Shown here: piece by piece, positions 25,395-36,209 of the stretch | How the letters are laid out: each line of letters opens with the position of its first letter | How positions within the stretch are numbered: position 1 is the first letter of the stretch | DNA from: Nemertoderma westbladi | Taxonomy: Eukaryota; Animalia; Xenacoelomorpha | Direction: 5' to 3' | Length of the DNA: 45,791 nt | Assembly (NCBI GenBank): GCA_032718475.1 | Contig: JAUCBJ010004647.1 | Coordinates: 1 to 45,791 of the forward strand | Notes under the pieces: model-generated | Seen by the model: the letters and a program-made list of their open reading frames with translations, nothing else | The model's database searches: none | Told to the model about the DNA's origin: nothing | Program-made: the position numbers and the translations under genes

Positions 25395-26602
25395 TGTAAA
25401 AGCCTTTCCTGAATTGCCCCGTTATTTTTATTATCTTTTACATTAAAATACTCTGTAGTTGATTTAATAAGTGTAAGAGACCGTATTATTGCTGTATCGG
25501 TGTTTTTAGAGGATCTAAGACCTATTTCCTCCGTATGTGTACTGTGAAAGGCATATTTTGTGATTCTATGGCAATTCGTGACGCAAAGGGGTGATAGCTA
25601 CTCTTGAACAGTAGTTACTATGACTACGGTTAACAGCTGACATTCATACGTGTTGATTTCCTTTGTTCTACGGCGTCTCTCAGTTCAGTCAGCCAATGAG
25701 AGCGTTTTTGTGGCTCCTTGTACAGAAAATTTCCGAGAAATGACGCAATGCCTATGTGCAGTGTTTACATTCAGTCTTGAGCCAAAGAAAGAACGGCTTG
25801 GAAGTATTTTGTGCTGTACTGCTTTTTAGTCGTACACTAGTAGGTTTAATTATAAAGGGCATATATCCTTTAACGGACGGACTACATGCCTATATCTCAT
25901 TGCTGACATACCGGTACTGACTTGTTGTTTTATACTGCTATTTGCTGTCAGTTCTTCATAATATGGTTGATGAATAATTATATTTGGAATAACGATAAAT
26001 AACCCCGCAACCCAATATTCTTGATATACCTAAGGTAAGAGAGAAAGGTTACCAATAACGATTGTGACTTATGTTAAAGTGGTTTGAAGTGAATCTAATG
26101 TTATTTGATAGACCCTACATGAGTCAGCCTGTGTTCCTTTTATATGTGACTAAAATCAGTGAAGATTGGCAGATTAGTGTGCAGTATTGTGCAGCATTGT
26201 GTATGAGTGAGTCTGTTAAAGAAGCAATTCCTAAAGAATGCGCCATATATGTGAATTATAATTAAGCCATATCGTTGTGAGTAGTTTAAGTCATAACTCT
26301 GTTTATATAGATAAAGCGCCACGTCCTAAAGGAACTGTTAATATTACCGAAGGTGAATAATATTGTCAGAGATTATATAATACTGTCAGTCGAATAATAC
26401 ATTAGGCTTACATAGCAATAAAAATTAAACCGTCGAACCCAATCTCCCTCCCGGGAATATCCAGCGGGTGAATGGTCGCGCACGGATTGGTTTCGACTAG
26501 TGTAGTGAATCAAATACTTGTCATAGACTAAAAAGCGATTTATTATCTAGAAGACATTCTAATTTGGCGGGTTAAACTGCCAAAGGTCTGAAAGCGCGAA
26601 CA
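25395..26602 (+). repeat. 5' LTR of element B (1208 bp)
   Basis: By eye differs from the 3' copy by 2 substitutions and a 4-bp indel. Confidence 0.97.
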
Positions 26603-26614
26603 TTAAAGGATATA
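26603..26614 (+). promoter_or_regulatory. Non-tRNA primer-binding site of element B
   Basis: TTAAAGGATATA abuts the 5' LTR; exact reverse complement TATATCCTTTAA at 25862-25873 and 36677-36688. Confidence 0.7.
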
Positions 26615-26649
26615 GCTTCTTTGTTGCAGTAAGCAATAAAGTTGAAAGT

Positions 26650-26785
26650 ACCGGTCAACCGGTACATCTGTAGGTCAGTAGGCCCAACCGCTAGAATCGG
26701 TACATCTGTAGGTCAGTAGGCCCAACCGCTAGAACCGGTACTTCTGTAGGTCAGTAGGCCTAACTGTTCTAACCGGTACTTCAGT
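26650..26785. repeat. 38-bp tandem repeat, about 3.5 copies, in element B leader
   Basis: ACCGGTACATCTGTAGGTCAGTAGGCCCAACCGCTAGA repeated. Confidence 0.9.
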
Positions 26786-26960
26786 ATAAGTACACTAGTA
26801 TTATTCGATTTGATTATTGCATACCGGTAGGCTGTTTAAGGGATTAGGGATTGATCACCCCTTATACCTTTATATGGTTTACTTATTTCTGTCAAGTTTT
26901 ATTTATTTGTAGGCCAGTATTGAACAGAAGGCGTGTAAGCCTGATCAGATAGTACAGACG

Positions 26961-27530
26961 ATTTGTAGGCTGAGCTGTTGTCTGATTGCTGTTAAGTCCG
27001 AACGAATTGCAGTGTGTGTAGATCACCTGTCCGATTAAGTACGATTAGGCAGTAGGGGCAGCGAACGCTGTAAGGTAATCCCCCAACTAAAGAATAAGTC
27101 GCACTACTGGGTTAGAGCGCATACTCCCTAATCATTTCGGAGTCTGCATGTCCTGTGGTTTATTTAGGCTTGAGAGTGGTCTGCCATCGTTTAGTCTGTA
27201 CTTTGTTTGTGTAAGTCTGTACGGGTAGCGTATAATTTTATTTAGATAATTTGTAGGCTGGATAGTTGTCTGGCTGTTATTAGGTCTGAACGGATTGCCG
27301 CGTGTGTAGATCATCTGTCCGATTAAGTACGATTAGGCAGTAGGGGCAGCGAACGCTGTAAGGTAAACCCCCAACTAAAGAATAAGTCGCACTACTGGGT
27401 TAGAGCGCATACTCCCTAATCATTTCGGAGTCTGCATATACCGTAGTTTGTTTAGGCTTGATAGTAGTCTGTCAGTGTTCGGTCTGTATTTTGTTTGAGT
27501 AGTTTGTACGCGTAGCGTAATATTTATTAT
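26961..27530. repeat. About 288-bp tandem duplication with a near-invariant core of about 130 bp
   Basis: Core 27018-27148 matches 27306-27436; flanks more diverged. Confidence 0.9.
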
Positions 27531-28837
27531 TCAGAGTTTATGCGATTATCCGCAACATTCATTCCCCAAGTTTGTTCCTACAGTAATTGTGTTTGTTATA
27601 CATACCGCTATAGTTAAATTAACCCCGGTACTACACGGGCTGCTCGGCGTAGGTAAAGACTGGTGATTTTGTGCATCGGTCACTCCAGCAGATGCCGTGG
27701 TTCTTTTAGCTGTTCAAGTATATTTAACTACTGATTGTCTGTTATATAAGTACTCGTACCTAATTTAGGGTTTAGTGTACAGTACTTTCCGAAGTAATTA
27801 TTGTAGACATTATATTTGTGTTGTAAAGTGGTTGATAGGCACATTCGATTAGCTCTATTAACTTCTAGGTAGGAACACTCCGTGATACATAACGTAGAAC
27901 CTATAGCGATACGGCTATAGGTCGTCAGGCGGTGGTATTTTCCTATCTAGACAACGCAGTGTATTTACTACTACTTATTATTTCAAATACCGTAGTACTC
28001 TGTCCGTTGTAATAACCAGATTTCTAACCCTTTGTTAGACTGGTTTGTAGACTTCTTGTAAAATTACCCTAAAAATTCGTATTTGTGTTTTTGTAAAATT
28101 TTGTGTTTATTTAGAGATTGTAATCTCAACCCGAATTGTACGTAATTCGTAGTATTAAGTAACTTAGGTAAATTAGAATTATTTGTTTTAGTGTCCTATA
28201 CATAACACTTCACTGAAAGCGCACCGCTTTGTGTAGTGATTACTCCCCAGAAATAATAACATTTATTTCAAACATTGACAAAACCCATTAAAACGGGTAT
28301 ATATATATTATAAATCAAATCTAACGATTTATAAATAGTAGGCCTACCATACAACCATTAGGTCCCAATATCAGTTGGATTACTGCTCAAATAACGGTAA
28401 TAAAGTAAGTAAAGTAACAAAGTAACCCTAAAGTAACAGAAATTCAATTATTTGAAATAATTGATATACCGGTATTTACGATAGGCCTATTATCTTTATT
28501 TCTATAAATCTAGGCTGAAATTATACCGGTACTTGTAATTAATTCTATTTCAGAATTATATATCCTACAAACTGTAAGCTGTATACCGGTATTCCGATAG
28601 GCCTATTATATATTTATATATATTTGTGCTAAAATTACACCGGTATTCTGTGATAAACCTAGTCTGTAATAATAGTTATATATACTATAAGCATACCGGT
28701 ATTCTAATATATTATATATATCACGCTACACTGAGTAGCAGTATCGGTAATTAATTACTAGGCTAGCAGTTAATACTGAATTACTAGACTTGCTTAGACT
28801 GTAATATAGCAGTAGGCATTCAACTGTACACACAAAC

Positions 28838-31800
28838 ATGTCTGACGCAAAGCAGAACCTGTCAGACAGTCTACTAGATACAACGGAGAGTGAAGCGACA
28901 GCAGAGAAACCGCATAAGAGGGATGCCATTGACATCTATCTGTCAGACTATCAGCGTTTTTTGGGAGATGAAGAGTTGAGGAGAAGGCTAGAGGGACTTA
29001 GCCCTAATAGCGAAGGAGCCAAACTTGTGTTAGATGCGATTGATGTGGATAGGTTAGCGGCGAACCAAGCTAAATTCGATGAACAACTCCGCATCGTTAG
29101 AGAACAAGAAGAACAAGTAAAGAAAAAACGTATAGAAGACAGAAAGGCCGCAGCAAAAGCAGAGGCAGAGGCAAAAGCGGCAGCAGCAGAAGCAGCGGCA
29201 GAGGTAAAAGCGGCAGCAGCAGAGGCAAAAGCGGCAGCAGCAGAAGCAGAACGGAAAGCGGCTGAAGAGATCGCCCAACTGGAGTTGGAAACGCTTCAAG
29301 AGAAGCAAGACGACTTCAGTAAACAGTTAACAGCTAGTAATATGCGGATGATGAATCGATCTACTCCCAAAAGACAGGGATATACATCATCTGAAGAAGG
29401 CGATACCACCGATACTGAAGGCAAAGGAAATAGATCTCGTCTAAGCAGACACAAAAGAACATTCCACCGGCAGAAATTGCCTGATTTGCCTCCAGCTGTT
29501 AGAAGGCAACTAAATAACACCAAAGTAGGTAGTACAGAGCCCGCAGACCAAATAATTAAAATAGAAAGACTCCCTACGATAGTAGATGAGCCTGAAATAA
29601 TTAGGCCTGTTCTTGAAATCACCCCTTCGGTGATAGACACACATGTGCTCCCTGAAACTACCTCTAAATTCCCTCTGCATAGCACTAAGCTACCTGTGCC
29701 CCGCAGAACTGCCCAAGAGACAGTTCAGGTCCTGGACCCCGAGCGAAATATTCACAATTTGTCGCCCGTTGTCCCTCGTCCGCCCGCTACAACGTTGGCG
29801 ACTCCCGCTTCGGCGGTCGAATGGGTGGACGAGAGACGGCGGGGGATGGATATCCTGCTCGGGCAGATGCAGGAGACTGTCCAGCAATTCAAGGGCACAG
29901 TAAGGGAAAGTAGACTAGAGTTGCAAGAAGTGCAGCAAAGTATCGCGCTAGAGCGCGATAAATTAGTAAATACTCAAAGAGGTATACCACCACCCTCTGT
30001 AACAATGTGTCAACCCGTTAGGTCTGAAGTATTGCATGCGCAAGGTGTGGAGCCTACACGCATATATACTGCTAGCGAAGTAGAAACTCCTATAGTGAAC
30101 CCTATTAAGGGTAATTATAGACCTGTTGATAATGATATTCCCTATAGAACTGATCATAATCCGAGAAATTTATATACCGATAACTCGATATTAAATAACA
30201 CGATGGCCCAAGAAAGTTTTACGCGTCAAATGGCTAGAACCGAAGCCCGACAAGCGGTAAAGGTTGGAGAGATCGTCAAGTTTAATGGAGATGAGATGAA
30301 ATGGTTACCTTTTAATGAATATTACAAAGATAACATACAGAACTCTGTACTATCTAATGGAGAAAAACTTAGATACCTCATCGAGTGCTTGGAAGGATCT
30401 CCCAAGTTAATGGCATTAAAGTTTATTGGACATCCAGACGGATTAAGACAAGTTTGGGATACACTAAACATCAGGTATGGTAATAGGAATAATATCGCTG
30501 GGTACTTGTATGCAAAGTTAGTAGCGCCCCGAAAGTTTATTAGTAGCGGAATTATCGAGTTTTCCGATGAGATCCAGGAGATCTGCAGACAATTAGATTG
30601 GCTAGGTAAGTCTCACGAGTATCAGAACACTATGGTTATTAGAGCAGTGGCTTCTACTTTACCTAAAGGTGGAGTAGGTACACGCTGGGATAAGAAAGTG
30701 TTATATATGATGGAACAACAACGGCGAGACCCTACCATGGCTGATCTCATGTCATTCTTAGATGGAGAAGTGAAATTACAGCTCCTAAGGCAGTCCAGAG
30801 AGAGGACATTGGAAAACAAGGTAAGTGAGAAACCCGTTTCTAGGAGAAGGGTAATACCAGTATGTTATACCGACGACGGTGAAAGCCAAACTTCTCAAGG
30901 AGAGGACAGCGGGAAAGACACTGACAGATCTTATGTCAATAAAATGCCTAAAGATCAGGTAAGTAAATCCAAGTCTCGACCCAATGACAGAAGGGAACCG
31001 GTACAAAAAACCCCTCCTACGTCTCCTAAAAGAATTCAGGTGAGAAAGCCCGAGGAAAGAACAAGTGTGCACCACACAGCACATGTTAAAGTAAGTAACA
31101 TCAAGCCCAAATGTGTGCTGTGCGACGGGCCCCACCGTTTAAATGCGTGTGATAAATTCCTGAGGAAATCACTAAAGGATAGACGTGAAGTCATGTGGGA
31201 TAAGCGGTTGTGTTATAATTGCCTCAGACGAGGACACCAACGGCGAACCTGTAACTCCGACGCAAGGTGTGCAAAGTGCGGCGCAAAACATCATATCTTG
31301 TTGCACACGGAATTCGAACGAAACAGCCCGAGTCAGGTAAGTGAGTCCGAACTACATGTCCAATTCAGTGATGTGAACGACACTGATCAATCTGAGATGG
31401 AAGGATTCTATACGGACGAGTTCTCCGACCAAAACGAATCCTGTTACCTAATAAACACCACCGCAGTGTATCGAGCACTCGTACATGAGAAAGACACAGA
31501 CAGCGACCTTACCTTAACTACTTCCGATCAACAACCATCTTGGAAAGCGCCAACTTCCAATATAGGAATCCGAGAGTTTCCTGTGGTGCAGGTAAGGGTG
31601 CACGGACCTAAACGGAGTTATGTAGTGAACGCCCTCCTGGACTCCGGCAGCACAGGAACATTCATCGATAAAGAGCTAGCCGAAGATATATTTGCTGGAC
31701 AACCCAAGTTCCAAACTAAGCTCAACATGTCAGGCATTATGCAAGTTTGGAAATCTACAATAACAGCTGATTATTATGTAGGCGCGTTGTCCACCCCACA

Positions 31801-32407
31801 AGACGAACTAGGAGAACATAGCATCAGGTCAGTGAAAATGGTGGCTATAAAGAACTTCGCTACTACTCAAGCAGACCTTTATAATTGGGACGAGGATGAG
31901 AGCATCCAACATCTTAACATACCTCGATTCCAGACTGATTATCCTGGAGTGCAAATACTCATCGGCCAAAACGCGCATGAGGCGCTGGAGACATTAGAGA
32001 AACGACCTGCTCAACCGCAACCACTTCAGCCCTATGCGGTAAGAACTAGAGTAGGTTGGTACCTTACTGGACCTTCCCGTAGAACGCTCAGAGAAAGACT
32101 GCTTCAAGATCGCGTCTGCCAGCGGAGTAAATGGGAAGATGATACTAGTGAGGGAGACGACCCAACTGAGGGAACACCACACTCCTCAGATAATGACAAT
32201 CTTAGCTCCAATGTAGATCAATGGAGATATTGCCCCAAGAAGTTTAATCCAACGGACATCGCTTCCAGAGGAGCAACTCCTCAAGAACTGACAGATACTA
32301 CAGACCGATTAGGTGAACCCGACTTCCTGAGTAAGGAGAATGAATGTCCTCCCCATCTTACTCCGACTGAGATTATACCAGCCAAGGGAGGACCTTCGAA
32401 TACGTAA
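28838..32407 (+). CDS. gag: Element B Gag-protease polyprotein with RNase H C-terminal remnant (ran to 33433 before the RTE insertion)
   Basis: KFNGD..W..F, EKLRYLIECLEG, knuckles CVLCDGPHRLNAC / CYNCLRRGHQRRTC / CAKCGAKHHILLH, protease ALLDSGS, RTRVGWYLTG, then WRYCPKKFNPTDIASRG. Confidence 0.93.
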   Translation: MSDAKQNLSDSLLDTTESEATAEKPHKRDAIDIYLSDYQRFLGDEELRRRLEGLSPNSEGAKLVLDAIDVDRLAANQAKFDEQLRIVREQEEQVKKKRIEDRKAAAKAEAEAKAAAAEAAAEVKAAAAEAKAAAAEAERKAAEEIAQLELETLQEKQDDFSKQLTASNMRMMNRSTPKRQGYTSSEEGDTTDTEGKGNRSRLSRHKRTFHRQKLPDLPPAVRRQLNNTKVGSTEPADQIIKIERLPTIVDEPEIIRPVLEITPSVIDTHVLPETTSKFPLHSTKLPVPRRTAQETVQVLDPERNIHNLSPVVPRPPATTLATPASAVEWVDERRRGMDILLGQMQETVQQFKGTVRESRLELQEVQQSIALERDKLVNTQRGIPPPSVTMCQPVRSEVLHAQGVEPTRIYTASEVETPIVNPIKGNYRPVDNDIPYRTDHNPRNLYTDNSILNNTMAQESFTRQMARTEARQAVKVGEIVKFNGDEMKWLPFNEYYKDNIQNSVLSNGEKLRYLIECLEGSPKLMALKFIGHPDGLRQVWDTLNIRYGNRNNIAGYLYAKLVAPRKFISSGIIEFSDEIQEICRQLDWLGKSHEYQNTMVIRAVASTLPKGGVGTRWDKKVLYMMEQQRRDPTMADLMSFLDGEVKLQLLRQSRERTLENKVSEKPVSRRRVIPVCYTDDGESQTSQGEDSGKDTDRSYVNKMPKDQVSKSKSRPNDRREPVQKTPPTSPKRIQVRKPEERTSVHHTAHVKVSNIKPKCVLCDGPHRLNACDKFLRKSLKDRREVMWDKRLCYNCLRRGHQRRTCNSDARCAKCGAKHHILLHTEFERNSPSQVSESELHVQFSDVNDTDQSEMEGFYTDEFSDQNESCYLINTTAVYRALVHEKDTDSDLTLTTSDQQPSWKAPTSNIGIREFPVVQVRVHGPKRSYVVNALLDSGSTGTFIDKELAEDIFAGQPKFQTKLNMSGIMQVWKSTITADYYVGALSTPQDELGEHSIRSVKMVAIKNFATTQADLYNWDEDESIQHLNIPRFQTDYPGVQILIGQNAHEALETLEKRPAQPQPLQPYAVRTRVGWYLTGPSRRTLRERLLQDRVCQRSKWEDDTSEGDDPTEGTPHSSDNDNLSSNVDQWRYCPKKFNPTDIASRGATPQELTDTTDRLGEPDFLSKENECPPHLTPTEIIPAKGGPSNT

Positions 32408-32961
32408 GGGAAAGGCATGGGCAGCCTTGAATAGGCTTTCCAGGATTTGGAAGTCACCGAGAATTAATCGGAAACTTAAGGTCCGATTATTTAGAGCAGC
32501 AGTAGTTCCAGTACTCCTCTATGGGAGTCCATGCTGGGCTCTAACTGCTGAGGACACCAAATCTCTGGATGGCACATTCACAAGAATGCTACGCCGGGTT
32601 CATTGTGTCAAGTACAATGCACACATCTCCAACCAGACACTATATAACATTGGAGGTGTCTCATTGGTTCCCCCAAGCTTGACACTAGAACAAAATCGCC
32701 TCCGCTTTGCAGGACATTGCTTTCGCCGTGAGGACCAGCCAGTGCATAATCTTGTACTTTGGCAGCCTCATGGAGTGAATAAGCATGGTGGACAGCCCAT
32801 GACTTTCTTGAGACGCATCTTAAAGGACACTGGCCTTAAAGATGCGGATGATCTAGCAAATGTCATGGGTGATAGGGAGTTGTGGCGGTGCAATTTTGTT
32901 GACAAGCCGGCACAGCATTCTTAAAAATGCAGCTGCAATGCAGCATGCCGATCCTAGTACT
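32391..32961 (+). mobile_element. 5'-truncated RTE-clade LINE insertion
   Basis: Encodes RKGKAWAALNRLSRIWKS...VLLYGS..W...RLRFAGHC.R (RTE C-terminus); TSD AGCCAAGGGAG at 32380-32390 and 32962-32972. Confidence 0.9.
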
Positions 32962-32972
32962 AGCCAAGGGAG

Positions 32973-33433
32973 CGGAGAAAGTCGAACCTGAAACCCGGAC
33001 GTGTGGATCGGAGTTATTTGAACCCGGGATAGATCTGTCGGTATTACATGTTGCCAGGGACGACGCCGTGGATCTGGGCCTCCCCTCCGCGAGTGGATCC
33101 TTCATGAAGATCAGAGAGAGCGATTGGAGCTCTGGAACATCAGACGTCTCGCAGGGACTCTCACCTCTCCTGCAGAGAGCGACGGACCACTATAGCTCCT
33201 GGAATCGGCTTTGTGACGCCGTCATATACTTTGAGCGATGTTTCTATCGTCACTATTCCAGGACGAAGAGGAAACCTGGAATTGTATTCAGGATGCAGCG
33301 ACTCAATCACCCAGTCAGTCGTTTGTGTTTATCGGAAGGGAATGGAGGACTCTCCGGAAACTGTGGAAGGCAAGATTCTCTTCCCACGACCACCTCCCTA
33401 ATCCTTCAAACATCTAGGGACTCCATAACGTAA
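32973..33433 (+). pseudogene. Distal part of element B polyprotein
   Basis: Removing 582 bp (insert plus one TSD) fuses ...EIIPAKG|AEKVEPE... in frame; contains the BEL motif HYSSWNRL. Confidence 0.8.
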
Positions 33434-36201
33434 CAACATATGGAGTGGGTGTGTGACTCTATTATTTTATATTATTTTATTATTTTTATATTTATGTATG
33501 TATTACTATGTAATTTTATTATAATCTTTTTATTTAATTTAGTAGAATGTTATTTTAGCGATTATTTAGTAGATTAGTGCAATATATTCGTGTTTATTAC
33601 GTACGTAATTACTTATATTATATTTAGTGCGACGGCGAAGAAATAATTACTTTTTTCTCTTTCCTTACTGTCCGTATTATATTATAAATACGTAACTACA
33701 GTAAGATGAAATGTCCGTACTTATTAAAGTACAATAAAGCCACTACTATATTTAAGTATTATTGGTTGGCAGAGTATTAGGAATGCAAAGTTCAGATCCT
33801 CGTGTCTCGGCTAAACCAAGCTCTGGGTAGACCTTGGAAACGACTTGCCTCTTCACACTGACATTGCTTCGTGCGATATTGCTCTCATACCGTATATTAA
33901 ATAATACATATAGTAGCGTGATGTCCCTTTAACAGTAGCGTATAACGCAAAATAAATCTGTTAAACCCTTTGACCATCTGTAATTCTAGTCGATTAAGAT
34001 ATCGCGGCACCCACCGATATACTTGAAAGACAAATTCTAGAATCAGTGGTTAACGTCCCCAGACAAGTTCTGGAATAAATCGGTGCCCATCTCAAATATT
34101 AATTAATTAATATTTGCAAAATCTAATAAATCAAAATCTGTAAAATTCAGATCCTTCAATAATTCTAGTCAATTAAGATATCGTAGTATTTACCGATATT
34201 CTTAAAAAGACAATTGTCATAGAATTAAGGATCTTGTGTCCCCAGACATGTTCTGGAATCCAAATATGTCCATTTAATTATCAAATAATAAAATTTCAGG
34301 GAATCAATTTAAATTCATGCCTTTTAATGAATTTAATAAATTGCCATTTTACGCAATTTATAAAGTTCCCAAAATTCCATTAATTAATAGATCAAGGGAG
34401 CGGAGATTTATCTTAGCATGCGTATGAGTGTGTGAAAGTCTCCCAAACATAGTCAATAGCCGATAAAATTCATAAAGTCATGTATAAAACAGAACATTGA
34501 CTATTAAAGAATTACTATTAAATAACATCCCAGATCTGTATGCATTGGAATCACCCTAATTCTACCGCTAGCTTTGCATAATGTCACCATAGCAACAACC
34601 ACGCTAGAATTAGAATTGAGTTAAAAGAACAATAGAAAGCTTGTCCCATTGAATAGCATAGGGAATAAATAGTGCACTGATAGTATCCAAGGATACATAA
34701 TAATACAGTGGCATTCTGGAAGGCATTGACTAACGGACAAGTGACCCGAGTGTGTGTAATTTGTGACAAGTTGTGTGTGTGGTATTTGTGAGTTTATAGG
34801 TGAATGTTACTGCTAAGGTGTGTTTACAGTAGCTAGTCGCAATCGTAAAAGTAACCTAACTCTCCAAGGAAACCTGAAGTACATCTAAGCCTTTGGGACG
34901 GACAGTTGAGTGACTTGTGCCGGTTGTCGTTGTCGTTGTGCGGCTACGTCGTTGGCGAAAGTACAGCGGCGACGACACATCGGCGCTGAGGATCTCGTAC
35001 TGTCCGGGGGTTGATTGGGTAGGCAGCGACGCCCGCTCGCCTAAATATAAACTCATTATAATATGGATAAACTCATATATAGCAGATATGACGGAGTTGA
35101 TAGAAGATGGTCTTGGTATCGGGGAACGATATATTCTACTTTCAAACGTTTGTTGATAGCTTGATATGCGGTGATACTAGTCCAACTACTACGAAGGATG
35201 ATGGTCGTTATATCGAACCGCCAATGTCCCAAGAGCAGCTCACGCGTGAGTTGGACTATAAGAAATTCACAACAAACAAATATCACCCGCGTTTACCCTA
35301 CCAGACGTGCGTCTTTGGTATTATTACGATAAACGCTCTAGACCCAACTAATAAACAGAAAGACATAAACATCCACGTAAACCGAAACTTGTTGACGTAT
35401 CACCTATGCTCACTCGGCTCGAACGATCCTGGAGTAAACCTACGATCAGAGTCCCGGAATACTCGGTCAAACCTCCTCATTCCTTAGTTGGACCTCAGAC
35501 CTGCGATCCTGGTGGTGTCGCGGATCCTCGCGGACTGTATTCACTGTTCAAAGATCTAGTGCTACCCTAACAATTAATCGGAAACACTCCGACAGTGATT
35601 TCTAGCTAGCCGCCCATCTTACCTAGCCGGATTGTGACGCGGACACCTAATATCACTATCCAACCGTATGGTCGTCCACGTTTAACGCGATACAACCCCT
35701 CATCAAGGTGAAGGAGAGCGTTGTACGAAACGAGTTAAACGCTATTTTATAAAGATCAAAAAGGAAACCTGCGTTTGTTCAGATAAACGTAAGTTATAAC
35801 AGTGAGTCCAATCGATAAACGAATTGGCCTTATCTCAATTCGATTGGGAAATCCAGAATCTCTAAGAAGTTGTCGAACTTGGACGATCCTATTCTCTGCG
35901 AGAGTTTTTGGATGAACGTATCCAGCTACGAGCGGAGGAAAATCAGCTCGAGGAGAAGCATATCGAAACGGCAGATACCTCGACCACAATCCTACACCTT
36001 CTGATGCAATCATATTGCACCCTTCACCCAGGAGTTATGGCCCTCCTAGTAAAGTGGCTCCCCCCAAAGAGAAAAAGACTCTTGCTAGCCTCAAAAAACT
36101 GCGTAAACGCCGTCTGCGTAAGAAAGACTAACTGTTTAGAGTATCTTTATGTTTTAGAAACTGTGATTTTTATATTTTATAGACTGAAAATCCCATTTTC
36201 T

Positions 36202-36209
36202 GGGAGCGG
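36202..36209 (+). promoter_or_regulatory. PPT of element B (GGGAGCGG)
   Basis: Abuts the 3' LTR; same GGAGCGG as element A. Confidence 0.7.

Noticed and set aside
32340-32924. Domesticated LINE domain fused to the BEL polyprotein as an RT substitute
   Set aside because: It is out of frame with gag, lacks the RT core and is flanked by a TSD; an ordinary truncated insertion
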